From positions 3,072,001 through 3,136,000 of the forward strand of contig OZ251518.1 of the NCBI GenBank assembly GCA_965242965.1: a stretch of 64,000 nt of DNA, read 5' to 3'. The notes beneath the pieces were generated by a model, which was not told the origin of the DNA, did not search any database, and saw only the letters and a program-made list of their open reading frames with translations. Position 1 is the first letter of the stretch. Every line of letters begins with the position of its first letter. The position numbers and the translations under genes were made by a program. The DNA comes from Candidatus Poribacteria bacterium. Its GTDB lineage: Bacteria; Poribacteria; WGA-4E; WGA-3G. Of the stretch, positions 1 to 9,222 are shown piece after piece.

Positions 1-618
1 CTCGTCTAAACCGCCGATGAGGTTCTCACTGCCCCATCCGCCGAATTTGAGTGGTGCCGGGTTGTCCATGTTCGCGCCGACATTCCGCTCAGTGTCCTTT
101 TTGCCATTGACATACAGGGAGATAACGCCTTTCCGCCGCACGGCGACGGTGTGATGCCATCCTTGCTCGACAATCTCGGTTTTGCCATCGTCGATGTGTT
201 GCCCGCCGCCCTCAAAAATGAAAACGCCGGAATCCCTGTCAATGCTAGAGCTCATCGCCCAGAATCCCGCACCGCCGTTGCGTTTGATGACGACGTAGGC
301 ATCTAAATTCTGCGAGTCCATCCAACATCCGACGGTGAAGTCGTCGTCCTCAAAATTGAAAAGATCATTGTGTTCAATGATGACATACTTGGGGCTGCCA
401 TCGAACTCCAACGCCTTGCCAAACTTGCCGTCGATCCATTTGGGGCCATCGAATTCGCCATCGTTGCCGTTGTCGGTGAGGTCCTTCGCGATATTGCCTT
501 TGCCTTCATCGAAGAGCCATACGCCGGCGAAGTCGTCCAAGTTAATTTCGGCGTGGCTGAGAGAGACAGCGATGAGGCTGAGCGCGACGAAATTGATAAA
601 CAGATTGCGAAATTTCAT
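1..618 (-). CDS. Secreted LamG-like (concanavalin A-like lectin/glucanase) protein, 3' end outside window
   Basis: Not in the ORF track because it runs off the edge. Manual translation from ATG 618: MKFRNLFINFVALSLIAVSLSHAEINLDDFAGVWLFDEGKGNIAKD...GKFGKALEFDG...GWHHTVAVR...SLYVNGK...GGLDE. Signal peptide, GGAGG RBS upstream, same motifs as the LamG genes at 2702 and 3642. Confidence 0.88.
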   Translation of the reverse strand, partial: MKFRNLFINFVALSLIAVSLSHAEINLDDFAGVWLFDEGKGNIAKDLTDNGNDGEFDGPKWIDGKFGKALEFDGSPKYVIIEHNDLFNFEDDDFTVGCWMDSQNLDAYVVIKRNGGAGFWAMSSSIDRDSGVFIFEGGGQHIDDGKTEIVEQGWHHTVAVRRKGVISLYVNGKKDTERNVGANMDNPAPLKFGGWGSENLIGGLDE

Positions 619-646
619 ATTTATTCCTCCGTTTGTAAAGTATTGA

Positions 647-720
647 GTAGGTGCAGTTTCAAACCGCACCTACCGGGTAATAGGATACTCCGGTGTGCGC
701 GATTGGCAACCGCGCACCGG
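647..720. repeat. GTAG-type REP-like hairpin pair
   Basis: GTAGGTGCAGTTTCAAACCGCACCTAC (647-673) and CCGGTGTGCGCGATTGGCAACCGCGCACCGG (690-720); related hairpins near 40139 and 42026. Confidence 0.65.
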
Positions 721-760
721 AGTCGTAGCCCTTTCTCCGCCGTGAAAACGCGCCGTTGGA

Positions 761-970
761 TTATTGACGTTTTTTCTCGGGAGGCTGCTGTGCCCGCTGG
801 TTTCTCAGTTCGGTGACAAGCACTTCCAGTTCGGCGATGCGTTGTTCCAATAGAGGCACTTTTGCAGCCTCAATTTCCAATTCGGTGTTGCGGTTTATTA
901 ACCGCTCACGTTCTCTGATTTTGAATAACACTTTTTGAATTCCCCATGTGATCAATGCGGCAAGTAAAAC
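761..970 (-). pseudogene. 5'-truncated membrane-anchored coiled-coil gene remnant
   Basis: The frame stays open upstream of the called start (VLLAALITWGIQKVLFKIRERER...LEQRIAELEVLVTELRNQ) until it meets the element end at 971, which supplies an in-frame TGA. Confidence 0.45.
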
Positions 971-1587
971 GAGGGTGTTTCATAACTCCCCGTAGGAGAG
1001 ACCTCCTGGTCTCGATGCAATAGGACGGCGCGCCTACCGGGGCAGCGGCGGCAGAAAGCCCCTCTTCATCGTAGGGCGAGGGCCTGTCCCTCGCCATCGT
1101 CCGCGCACTCCAACGATCGCGGGGGAAACCCGCTCGGATGCGCGTATGGCATCCGAGGGCCCCCGCACGAAGAAAAAACGTCTCTTAGGTCCGTAGGACC
1201 TGAATGTCTATAGCACGTGAGGCTGCGAGGAACGCTAAGGTCCTTTAGGTCCTTAATAGATTTTGCCCTGCGGCGCGTGTTTTTTATTAAGGACCTAAAG
1301 GACCTTGGAAACGGGACCGGCACGTTTTTCTATAGACATGTAGGTCCTAAAGGACCTAAAACGCCACCTCTTGACGATAGAGATCGCGGGGGACAGGCCC
1401 CCGCGCTACGGTAACGGGAGGGTTTCTTGGACGAAAAACAGTCCCCCTTCTCCGTAGGGCGAGGGCCTGTCCCTCGCCGTGCTTCGGTCTACCGGACATT
1501 CGCGGGGGACAGGCCCCCGCGCTACGGGTCCTGGCATCTCTTTAGCCTGTTTTTATCTCTACGTAGGAGAGACTTCCTGGTCTCGAT
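971..1587. mobile_element. REP-containing composite non-coding element, left end present, right end not seen
   Basis: Starts GAGGGTGTTTCATA, then CCCCGTAGGAGAGACCTCCTGGTCTCGATGCAATAGG, REP-B, the AGGTCCTTTAGGTCCT module and REP-A copies; same order as the element at 41334-42001. Confidence 0.6.
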
Positions 1588-1609
1588 TTTTTAGGCGCGC
1601 GGCATCTCT

Positions 1610-2692
1610 TTAGTTTTTTTCGATCTCCACCGAGTTCCCAGCTGCTGCGGATGCGTAAATCGCATCGGTGATTTTTTGGACGACGAGTGCCTGCTCAAGA
1701 CTTGTCATCGGTTGCCGATTTTCACGGATAGCGGCGGCGAAGTCGGCTAACGGTGTTTCGTGCTTCGTTTCAGCACTCGTGCGGTTGCGGAACTCCTCGA
1801 TGATATTTAGCGGCAGGCGTTCGGTATCCACGCCGTCCTCGGTTCTCGTCTCGTTGTAGATAATTCGTTCGGGATACCGGCTCCCCATGTTGAGGGCAAG
1901 GGAGCCTTCTGTGCCGATGATGCGCCAATCGTCATGCGAGTCGGCAGTCGTGTATTCGCCGCGTTCCATGCTGATAACGACACCGTTTTCACACCGAATG
2001 AGCGCGGCGTAGTGCGTCTCCGCATCGGAGCCGGGGGCAATGTGTGGCTCAAACACCGGCGGCACCGTCCATGTCTGTGCAAACGCAGTCTTCGGTTGAA
2101 GCTGCCATCCTGTAAGCCCGAGGAGGTAGTCGATGTCGTAGCATCCCCAGTTGACAAGGATGCCGCCGCCGTTGAGTGCCTTCATCAACCGCCATGCCGG
2201 GCGCGGTGTCTCCGGTTGCTCTTTCGCGCTGAGGACAGCACGACAGTAGACGGTGCGGAGTTCGCCTAACTTCCCGCGGGCGATAATATCCGTTGCGATG
2301 CGCGCCGATTCGGTGAACCGCTTGCGAGAGGAACAGCACGCCGATGTCAATTCCCCACGAGCCGCGATGAGCTGACGCACCTCGGCGGCGTTCATCGCAA
2401 TCGGTTTCTCTATCAGGACATGCTTGCCTTTGTTGAACGCGCGCAATGCCATCTCCGTGCGTTGCTGCGTCGGAAAGGCGAGGACGACTGCCTCAATTTC
2501 ATCGTCATTGAGCAATTCTTCGCCGTTTGCGTAGAGTTTCGGTGGATTGAAGCGTTCGGCGGCGCGCTGGCGGTTCGCTGCAACCAAATCTGCCGCAGCG
2601 ACGAGTTCTATATGCGGTGCCTCTGTGGCGATACTCAGATGCCTGCTGCCGATGACACCGCAGCCGATAATGCCGACTTTTACGGGTTTCAT
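1610..2692 (-). CDS. Gfo/Idh/MocA family oxidoreductase
   Basis: Rossmann motif GIIGCGVIG, the KHVLIEKP motif and NGGGILVNWGCY; 360 aa. Confidence 0.92.
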   Translation of the reverse strand: MKPVKVGIIGCGVIGSRHLSIATEAPHIELVAAADLVAANRQRAAERFNPPKLYANGEELLNDDEIEAVVLAFPTQQRTEMALRAFNKGKHVLIEKPIAMNAAEVRQLIAARGELTSACCSSRKRFTESARIATDIIARGKLGELRTVYCRAVLSAKEQPETPRPAWRLMKALNGGGILVNWGCYDIDYLLGLTGWQLQPKTAFAQTWTVPPVFEPHIAPGSDAETHYAALIRCENGVVISMERGEYTTADSHDDWRIIGTEGSLALNMGSRYPERIIYNETRTEDGVDTERLPLNIIEEFRNRTSAETKHETPLADFAAAIRENRQPMTSLEQALVVQKITDAIYASAAAGNSVEIEKN

Positions 2693-2701
2693 AAGGTTCT
2701 C

Positions 2702-3493
2702 CTATCGCGCCGCTTTGAGTTGTCCCCATCGCGTCGCAAGTTTGCCGCGAGGTTCAACCGGGAGTCCCTCCGCCTCAAAAATCTGTTTGACTTCATCGGC
2801 TGAGAGTGCCTTGTTGTAAATCATCACTTCGTCAATGATACCGACAAAGCCGCCATCACCGGCATGCCCAATCTCGGTTTCCGAACCGGTGGTAGCCATC
2901 GGGCCGTTGTAATTCTGCTCTGTCTCTAATTCGCCATCAACGTAGAGCAACATATCCTTATTATTGACGACACCGACGAGGTGATGCCATTCGCCTTTGT
3001 TAAAAGCGGCGGCACCGAAACCGCCATCGCCTTGCCAACCGGGTTGCACGATAAATTCCATCTCTTGTCCGGCATTTCTGCCATCAAACCGCAATGCCCA
3101 GCCGTTGACATCGCGCTGCGCGACGATGGTGCCGCAACACCCGGCGACAACGCCTTGGACAGGACTATCGCTGTCGGCGTTTACCCAAGCGACAACGCTC
3201 ATCTCTTCCGCGCCCGCAAATTCTAGCGAAGCGGTGCCGGGAATGTGGACAGAATTCTCGCCGTCGAATTCCAATGCCATCCCAACTTTACCGGCGACAG
3301 ATTTCGGATTTTTGGTGAGTTCGCCATCGTTATCGCCTAAAATGTCTTCTACGGTGTTGCCGGTGATGGTGCCGTCGTCAAAGGGCCAATAACTGACGAC
3401 TCCGTCTAGCGGCAGTTGTGCTTGTGTCATCGGCGCGCTCACGCAAAGCACGGCGATGCAGATGATGGAAAGGGTTGATATTTTTATGGACAT
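2702..3493 (-). CDS. Secreted LamG-like domain protein
   Basis: Signal peptide; YWPFDDG, GKVGMALEFDG, WHHLVGV, LYVDG, GIIDEVMIYNKALS; C-terminal VEPRGKLATRWGQLK. Confidence 0.9.
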   Translation of the reverse strand: MSIKISTLSIICIAVLCVSAPMTQAQLPLDGVVSYWPFDDGTITGNTVEDILGDNDGELTKNPKSVAGKVGMALEFDGENSVHIPGTASLEFAGAEEMSVVAWVNADSDSPVQGVVAGCCGTIVAQRDVNGWALRFDGRNAGQEMEFIVQPGWQGDGGFGAAAFNKGEWHHLVGVVNNKDMLLYVDGELETEQNYNGPMATTGSETEIGHAGDGGFVGIIDEVMIYNKALSADEVKQIFEAEGLPVEPRGKLATRWGQLKAAR

Positions 3494-3544
3494 GGGTGGG
3501 TATCTCCTTAAATGGGCGGTTATAGTTATCCGCCTTTATGAAAT

Positions 3545-3621
3545 GGCGGGGGACAGGCCCCCGCCCTACGAGCCGAGAAGGTGCGCGTCTAGAAGGCGGG
3601 GGACAGGCCCCCGCGCTACGG
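3545..3621. repeat. Two REP copies
   Basis: Two GCGGGGGACAGGCCCCCGC(C/G)CTACG units between the LamG genes. Confidence 0.8.
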
Positions 3622-3641
3622 GCCAGGAAGATGCGTTCAGA

Positions 3642-4427
3642 TTAATACTGCGCTTTGACGTTCGCCCAGGTGGTAGGCAGTTTGTCCGCCGGTTCAACAG
3701 GTGTCAAAAGCGATGCAGACAAGCCGTTTTCCACCAACGTCTGGATGTCGTCGGCACCTAAGGCAACGTTGAAAATGGCGACTTCGTCGATGATAGCGTT
3801 GCCGAAGCGGCCATCGCAACACGTATCCCTGCCGATGTAGAGTGGGCCGTCGTCGGCATCGATTGCATCGGTGTTGAGAGTCATCGTGCTTTCGGCGACA
3901 CCGTCGATGTAGATATTCCACTCGCCGGTCGCGCTGTCAAACGTGGCGGTATAGAGGTGCCACTCGGTGATGTCGTCCGGTCCGACTTCGCCGTCGCGCC
4001 ACTCGCCGGGTTTATTCCAACACCCGCCGTTACAAATGGGCCATGAGACGTTTTTCGTATCGGCGTTAGGGTGGATGATGTAGGCGTTCCGCTTTTCAAC
4101 GAACCAGCCGTGCTGCGCCCAGGTTTCTGTCATGCTTTTCACCCAGATAGAGACGGTGATTGCATCGGTAGGGTTCACATGCGCGGGGACTTCAACATAA
4201 GCCCCTACGCCGTCAAGTTCCAGCGCGCCGCCGAATTTGCCGCTCACCCATTTCGGGCTGCCCATCAGTGCAGCATCGAGCCCGCTATCGGAGGAATCCG
4301 TGGCAACATCGCCGCTGCCTTCGTCAAAAAGCCACAAGCCTGTCACGTTGCTCATATCCAATTCCGCGTGGGATATGGAAGCGGTGAGTAAGCAACTGAG
4401 GGTTACAAAGGTTAAAAGCGTTTTCAT
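3642..4427 (-). CDS. Secreted LamG-like domain protein
   Basis: Start reassigned to MKTLLTF (ATG 4427, AGGAG RBS); LWLFDEGSG, GKFGGALELDG, WHLYTATFD, IIDEVAIFNVAL; C-terminal VEPADKLPTTWANVK. Confidence 0.9.
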   Translation of the reverse strand: MKTLLTFVTLSCLLTASISHAELDMSNVTGLWLFDEGSGDVATDSSDSGLDAALMGSPKWVSGKFGGALELDGVGAYVEVPAHVNPTDAITVSIWVKSMTETWAQHGWFVEKRNAYIIHPNADTKNVSWPICNGGCWNKPGEWRDGEVGPDDITEWHLYTATFDSATGEWNIYIDGVAESTMTLNTDAIDADDGPLYIGRDTCCDGRFGNAIIDEVAIFNVALGADDIQTLVENGLSASLLTPVEPADKLPTTWANVKAQY

Positions 4428-4576
4428 GAAATCAAATCTCCTACTTGAGAGACAGGACGCAGCTAGGTAGGGGGGCAAACCGCCCCTACGGGGTTCAATC
4501 TGCATCCAGCCTATTGGTTAAAGTTAGCGTTCAGAACAACATTTGACAGATATTATCGCATATTGTTCAATTGATG

Positions 4577-5440
4577 TCAATCAAAAAATAGATATTCCAA
4601 CAACCGCGCGCCATCGCGAAAATCGGGGATGATGATGTCGGCACCGGCACGGATAAGGCGTTCCCGTTTATCGGCGTTCATGTTGTAAACGTTGTCCTCA
4701 ATAGATGCAACACCGACGGCAATCGCGCCGACAGATTTGGCGTTCTCAATCTCCACATATCCATCGCCGACGATGAGGAGTTCGCTGCCTTGAAGCCCGA
4801 AATCGGTGAGAATTTTCTGGATAACCATCGCTTTAGAGAACTTCTGATATTCGCGTAGTGCGCCGAAGATGCCGCCGTTGAAAAAGTCGGCAACGCCGAG
4901 GAGTGCGGCTTCGTTCCGGACGAATTCGACATCGGTGCCGCTGGCGAGGTAGCAGGTGATGCCCATTTCGCGAAGGCTTCGCAAAAATTCAAGTGACATC
5001 GGTACACGGAGAGGTTCAGCGGAAAGTGTGCCGGCGGCGAGCCCGGCAATCCGTTCCTCAACGACAGGGAGCAATCGACGGTTATATGCGTCTTTATAGG
5101 CGAGCGGTTCTTGCGGTGTGCCGCCGCGTTTTGTGATTTCTTCGCCTAACTGCATCATCTGATAGATGGTCTGCTTGCCTGTCAGCCTATCCACAAATTC
5201 GACGACGAGGGACTCTAATGCCGCGCGCGTTTCGGTGGTATCGGTTTCGGTTTGGAGGAAGTCCACCATCATCGGCACCATGACGTTCTGCCAGCCGTCT
5301 CGGATGAGGGAAATAGTGCCGTCAAAGTCAAAGACGACGTGGCTGATGTTGTCAATCTCAATTTCGCGGTCAATTTCGCGATGGATTTCGATTGCGGTTC
5401 CGTTTAAGGTGTGATATGCGTTTTGCACTGTTGTTTGCAC
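4577..5440 (-). CDS. HAD-superfamily hydrolase
   Basis: Motif I FDFDGTIS, motif II LASGT, motif IV VGDGYVE; AGGAG RBS before GTG. Confidence 0.88.
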   Translation of the reverse strand: MQTTVQNAYHTLNGTAIEIHREIDREIEIDNISHVVFDFDGTISLIRDGWQNVMVPMMVDFLQTETDTTETRAALESLVVEFVDRLTGKQTIYQMMQLGEEITKRGGTPQEPLAYKDAYNRRLLPVVEERIAGLAAGTLSAEPLRVPMSLEFLRSLREMGITCYLASGTDVEFVRNEAALLGVADFFNGGIFGALREYQKFSKAMVIQKILTDFGLQGSELLIVGDGYVEIENAKSVGAIAVGVASIEDNVYNMNADKRERLIRAGADIIIPDFRDGARLLEYLFFD

Positions 5441-5465
5441 TGTGTCTCCTTTGGGATAGTTAATA

Positions 5466-6000
5466 GGGGGTGTTTTATAGTTCGCTCAACGTTACGGTGA
5501 CAGGCCCCGCGCTACGATAAAAAACGCCACCCCTTCACCGTAGGGCGAGGGCCTGTCCCTCGCCATGCGTTTTGGTGTCAGACCACATCACCCCCGTAGG
5601 TCAAGATCGCCTGATCTTGACCTGTTTGTGATCAGGCGATCACAAACTACAGAGGTGGAAACACACATCGTGACGATGGTGCTCGCGGGGGCCTGTCCCC
5701 CGCGCTACGATAAAAAACGCTCCCCCTCACCGTAGGGCGAGGCCTGTCCCTCGCCATCGTCCGCGCACTCCAACGCTCGCGGGGGACAGGCCCCCGCGCT
5801 ACGAATAAAACGGTTCTTGAACGCTCGCGGGGGACAGGCCCCCGCGCTACGATAAAAAACGGTTCTTGAACCATCGCGGGGGAAACCCTCTCGGATGCGC
5901 GTGTGGCATCCGAGGGGCCCCGCGCTACGGGAACATCGAGCCCCGAGGGCTCTCCTACCGAGGGGAGTCGAGACCTGGAGGGCTATTGCATCGAGACAGG
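5466..6000. repeat. REP cluster
   Basis: About 6 REP-A/REP-B units, one REP with an inserted hairpin, GTAGGTCAAGATCGCCTGATCTTGACC, and a degenerate element end GGGGGTGTTTTATA at 5466. Confidence 0.8.
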
Positions 6001-6135
6001 GAAGTCTCTTCTCAATAGCGTTTTCCCTATTATACACGCGCTTGCTGAAAAAATGCAACTTAAAAATGGTTTTTCGAGTATAATACCCTTCAGAAACTTA
6101 ATCAAACCATTTTTTGCAGTAGGCATAGACAACGC

Positions 6136-7023
6136 ATGAACGAAAAAGAGATTCTCAAAAAAATTCGGCGCATTGACATTTTTACAAACCGGCTCGTGAA
6201 CACCGTGTTTGCAGGCGAATACCACAGCGTCTTCAAAGGACAAGGGATTACCTTTGACGAAGTGCGCGAATATCAGGCTGGCGACGAGGTGCGGACGATT
6301 GATTGGAACGTCACGGCGCGCATGGGACAGGCATACATTAAAAAATACGTCGAAGAACGTGAGCTCGTGATGATGCTAGTTGTCGATATGAGTGCCTCAA
6401 CGATGTTCGGGAGTGTCACCGAGACGAAGGCGGAGATTGCCGCCGAACTCGCCGCGCTGCTCGCCTTTTCCGCCATTAAAAACAATGACAAAGTGGGACT
6501 TATCTGCTTTACCGATTCGGTTGAGCACTACGTCGCGCCGCGGAAAGGGAAGAGACATGTCCTGCGCGTTGTTCGGGATATCCTCCAGTGGCACGAGCGC
6601 GGGACTGCAGGTAAAGCGACGAACATCGCCGAGGCGTTGGCGTTCACGGCGCGGGTTCTCAAACCGCACGGCGTGGTGTTTCTCATCTCCGATTTTCAGG
6701 ACACCGGCTATGAGAAGCAGTTGCGGCTCATCGGCAAACGGCACTCGCTCATCGCGATGACTCTCCAAGATAGGCGCGAGACAGAACTGCCCAACGTGGG
6801 ATTGATAGCGTTGCAAGATGCCGAGACAGGAGAGAGTGTCGTCGTTGACACGCGTTCGGCACAGGCGCGGCAATTGTATGCGGAACTGAAGCAGCGCGCC
6901 GAGGCGGAACGTCGGCACATTTTTCGGGAAAGTCAGGTAGATAACATTGATATCCGCACGGATGAACCGTATGTCAAGCCGCTGCTCCGATTTTTCCGTC
7001 AGCGTGGCGCGCGGCGTTTGTAA
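6136..7023 (+). CDS. DUF58 domain protein (VWA-like, usually MoxR-associated)
   Basis: GEYHSVFKGQG-FDEVREYQAGDEVRTIDWNVTAR, VDMSAS, FLISDF. Confidence 0.92.
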   Translation: MNEKEILKKIRRIDIFTNRLVNTVFAGEYHSVFKGQGITFDEVREYQAGDEVRTIDWNVTARMGQAYIKKYVEERELVMMLVVDMSASTMFGSVTETKAEIAAELAALLAFSAIKNNDKVGLICFTDSVEHYVAPRKGKRHVLRVVRDILQWHERGTAGKATNIAEALAFTARVLKPHGVVFLISDFQDTGYEKQLRLIGKRHSLIAMTLQDRRETELPNVGLIALQDAETGESVVVDTRSAQARQLYAELKQRAEAERRHIFRESQVDNIDIRTDEPYVKPLLRFFRQRGARRL

Positions 7024-7030
7024 GACACGA

Positions 7031-7557
7031 TAATCCTGCTCAATCTTGCTAATTGTGATAATCTTGTATAATCTTGTATAATCTTGTAAATCCTGCTTAA
7101 TCTTGTAAATCCTGCTCAGTCTTGTAAATCTGAACAGGATTATCACGATTACCACGATTTACCACGATTAGCACTCCGATGTACCGATACAGTTCTGGCA
7201 TGCCACGACAGCCCAGGTTATCAAAAACCTAATCTTGCTCATCTTGCTCAATCTTGTAAATCCGGAGCAGGATTATCACGATTTCCACGATTTACCACGA
7301 TTAGGAGCAGGATTATCACGATGAGCAAGATTATAGATGCTGATGCACCAACACCCCGTGGCCTGCCAAAACCGCGCCGGCGCACCAGAAACCTAATCCT
7401 GTGAAATCCTGCTCAATCTTGTAAAGCGGGACGATCAGGAAAACCTGAAGAGGGACAATCAGGGAAACCTGATTGTCTTGACAGGCGTAACCCTGTAAAA
7501 TCTTGCTCAATCTTGTATAATCTTGTAAATCCTGCTCAATCCTGCTCAATCCTGCTT
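7031..7557. repeat. Short-unit (9-10 nt) repeat region with higher-order structure
   Basis: Runs of AATC(C/T)TG(C/T)NN alternate with runs of CA(G/C)GATT, separated by two related spacers of about 55 nt ending in AAACCT. Confidence 0.85.
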
Positions 7558-7565
7558 ACCCGCTT

Positions 7566-8336
7566 ATGAGAAAACTAGAGATAAAAAACCTCACGCAGAG
7601 TTTCGTCCAGAACGGCACGCGCCTGCCGGTGTTAAATGGGTTAACCTTCACCGTTGCGGCAGGCGAGTTCGTTGCGCTATTAGGGCCTTCCGGTTGTGGT
7701 AAAAGCACGCTGTTTAATATCATCGCCGGTTTGCTAGAACCGGACAGCGGCGCGGTTTACCTCAACGGCGAGCGCGTCCGCGGCAACACCGGCAGGTTCG
7801 CTTACATGCAACAGAAGGAACTGCTTTTGCAATGGCGCACCGTGCTGAAAAACGTGCTAGTCGGACCGGAAATTCAGAAGGAGCCGCGGGATGCCGCAAA
7901 AACGGAAGCGATGCAACGCCTCGCGCAACTCGGATTAAGCGGGTTTGAACAAAGTTATCCGATGCAACTTTCAGGCGGCATGCGGCAGCGGGTGGCCTTA
8001 GTGCGGACACTTTTGTTTCGGAAGGAGACGCTGCTGTTAGACGAACCGTTCGGCGCGCTGGATGCGATGACGCGCACCGGCATGCAAGCCATCCTGCTCG
8101 ATGTATGGCGCGCTGGCGGACAGACTATCCTACTGATAACGCACGATATTGAGGAAGCACTGCTACTCGCCGACAAAATCTGTGTGTTAACAGCACGCCC
8201 GGCGACGCTCAAAATGGAGATGGCTGTCCCACTGCCGAGGCCCCGCAACGTCACAGATGATGCCTTTATTGAACTGAAGCGGACGTTATTGGATACGTTG
8301 CAGGTAGAGATGACGCAGGTTTTCAATCCTGCTTAG
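7566..8336 (+). CDS. ABC transporter ATP-binding protein (NitT/TauT/SsuB type)
   Basis: Walker A GPSGCGKST, LSGGMRQRVAL signature, Walker B LLLDEPFGALD, ITHDIEEA. Confidence 0.93.
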   Translation: MRKLEIKNLTQSFVQNGTRLPVLNGLTFTVAAGEFVALLGPSGCGKSTLFNIIAGLLEPDSGAVYLNGERVRGNTGRFAYMQQKELLLQWRTVLKNVLVGPEIQKEPRDAAKTEAMQRLAQLGLSGFEQSYPMQLSGGMRQRVALVRTLLFRKETLLLDEPFGALDAMTRTGMQAILLDVWRAGGQTILLITHDIEEALLLADKICVLTARPATLKMEMAVPLPRPRNVTDDAFIELKRTLLDTLQVEMTQVFNPA

Positions 8337-9216
8337 TCAATTCATGCCAAAACGAGCGCGAGGCGCGGTTCATGTTGTCAAGCATTTCGTAGTCTCCTTT
8401 TTGGCAGAATTCATACAACGCTTGCGTGAGCGGCATCTCAAATCCCGCCGCCGCTGCCTCGGCGAGGAAATAGGGCAGTTCCGGGTATTTGACGACGAGG
8501 GTGTTGCCTTTGCCGTCCACAATTTGCTTGGCGATGCTGTCAAACTGCCCGCGCCAGTCGTCTCCCATGCCGATGGCTTGGCGGATAGCCGTGGGTTCAA
8601 TGCCCGCGCGCACGCCGTAAGCCATCGCTTCCATGAAGGCAGCCGCGCCGAGTCCCATTGCGACTTGGTTGACACCTTTGACAATCTGTCCGGCACCACT
8701 CGGCCCGCAGTAAACCACATGGTGTGGCTCCCCGAGAATTTCCAAAAGTTGCCGGCACTTTTCGACAGCCGCCGCTTCGCCGCCGACAAAGATGCGGAGG
8801 GTGCCGGTTTCAGAACCGTGCGGGCCGCCGCTTACGGGTGCATCGATGAGCGTCGCGCCTTTCTCGGCGAACGCCGCCGCTAATCGGCGGGTTGCGGAGG
8901 CTTCAGTCGTGCCCATGTCAATGAAAATGTGTCCGTTGCGAGCGTGTGGCAAAAATGCGTTCTCTGCAATGTCAACAAAGACATCAGAGGAGCGGAGGCT
9001 TGTCAGCACAACGTCACTCCGTTTGGCGACATCAGCGGCGTTATTTGCGGCGAGCGCGCCGGCAGTGACAAGTGCGTCGCGCTTTTCCGAGACACTATCG
9101 TATCCGATGAGCGGGTAGCCGGCGTTGAGGAGGTTCCGCGCCATGCGACTACCCATGTTTCCGAGTCCGACGAAACCGAGCGTCGGGAGTTGAGTTGCGT
9201 GTTGGGATTTCATCAT
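8323..9216 (-). CDS. NAD(P)-dependent beta-hydroxyacid dehydrogenase (3-hydroxyisobutyrate dehydrogenase/tartronate semialdehyde reductase family)
   Basis: GFVGLGNMG, DAPVSGG, GAGQIVKGVNQ with the catalytic Lys; start reassigned to MMKSQH at 9216. Confidence 0.9.
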   Translation of the reverse strand: MMKSQHATQLPTLGFVGLGNMGSRMARNLLNAGYPLIGYDSVSEKRDALVTAGALAANNAADVAKRSDVVLTSLRSSDVFVDIAENAFLPHARNGHIFIDMGTTEASATRRLAAAFAEKGATLIDAPVSGGPHGSETGTLRIFVGGEAAAVEKCRQLLEILGEPHHVVYCGPSGAGQIVKGVNQVAMGLGAAAFMEAMAYGVRAGIEPTAIRQAIGMGDDWRGQFDSIAKQIVDGKGNTLVVKYPELPYFLAEAAAAGFEMPLTQALYEFCQKGDYEMLDNMNRASRSFWHELTKQD

Positions 9217-9222
9217 ATATTC

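Noticed and set aside
906-1414. Short ORFs containing MARDRPSPY, RGGQAPALR or ARGPVPR (also near 5647, 18975, 41599, 46296)
   Set aside because: These are translations of REP repeats, not genes.
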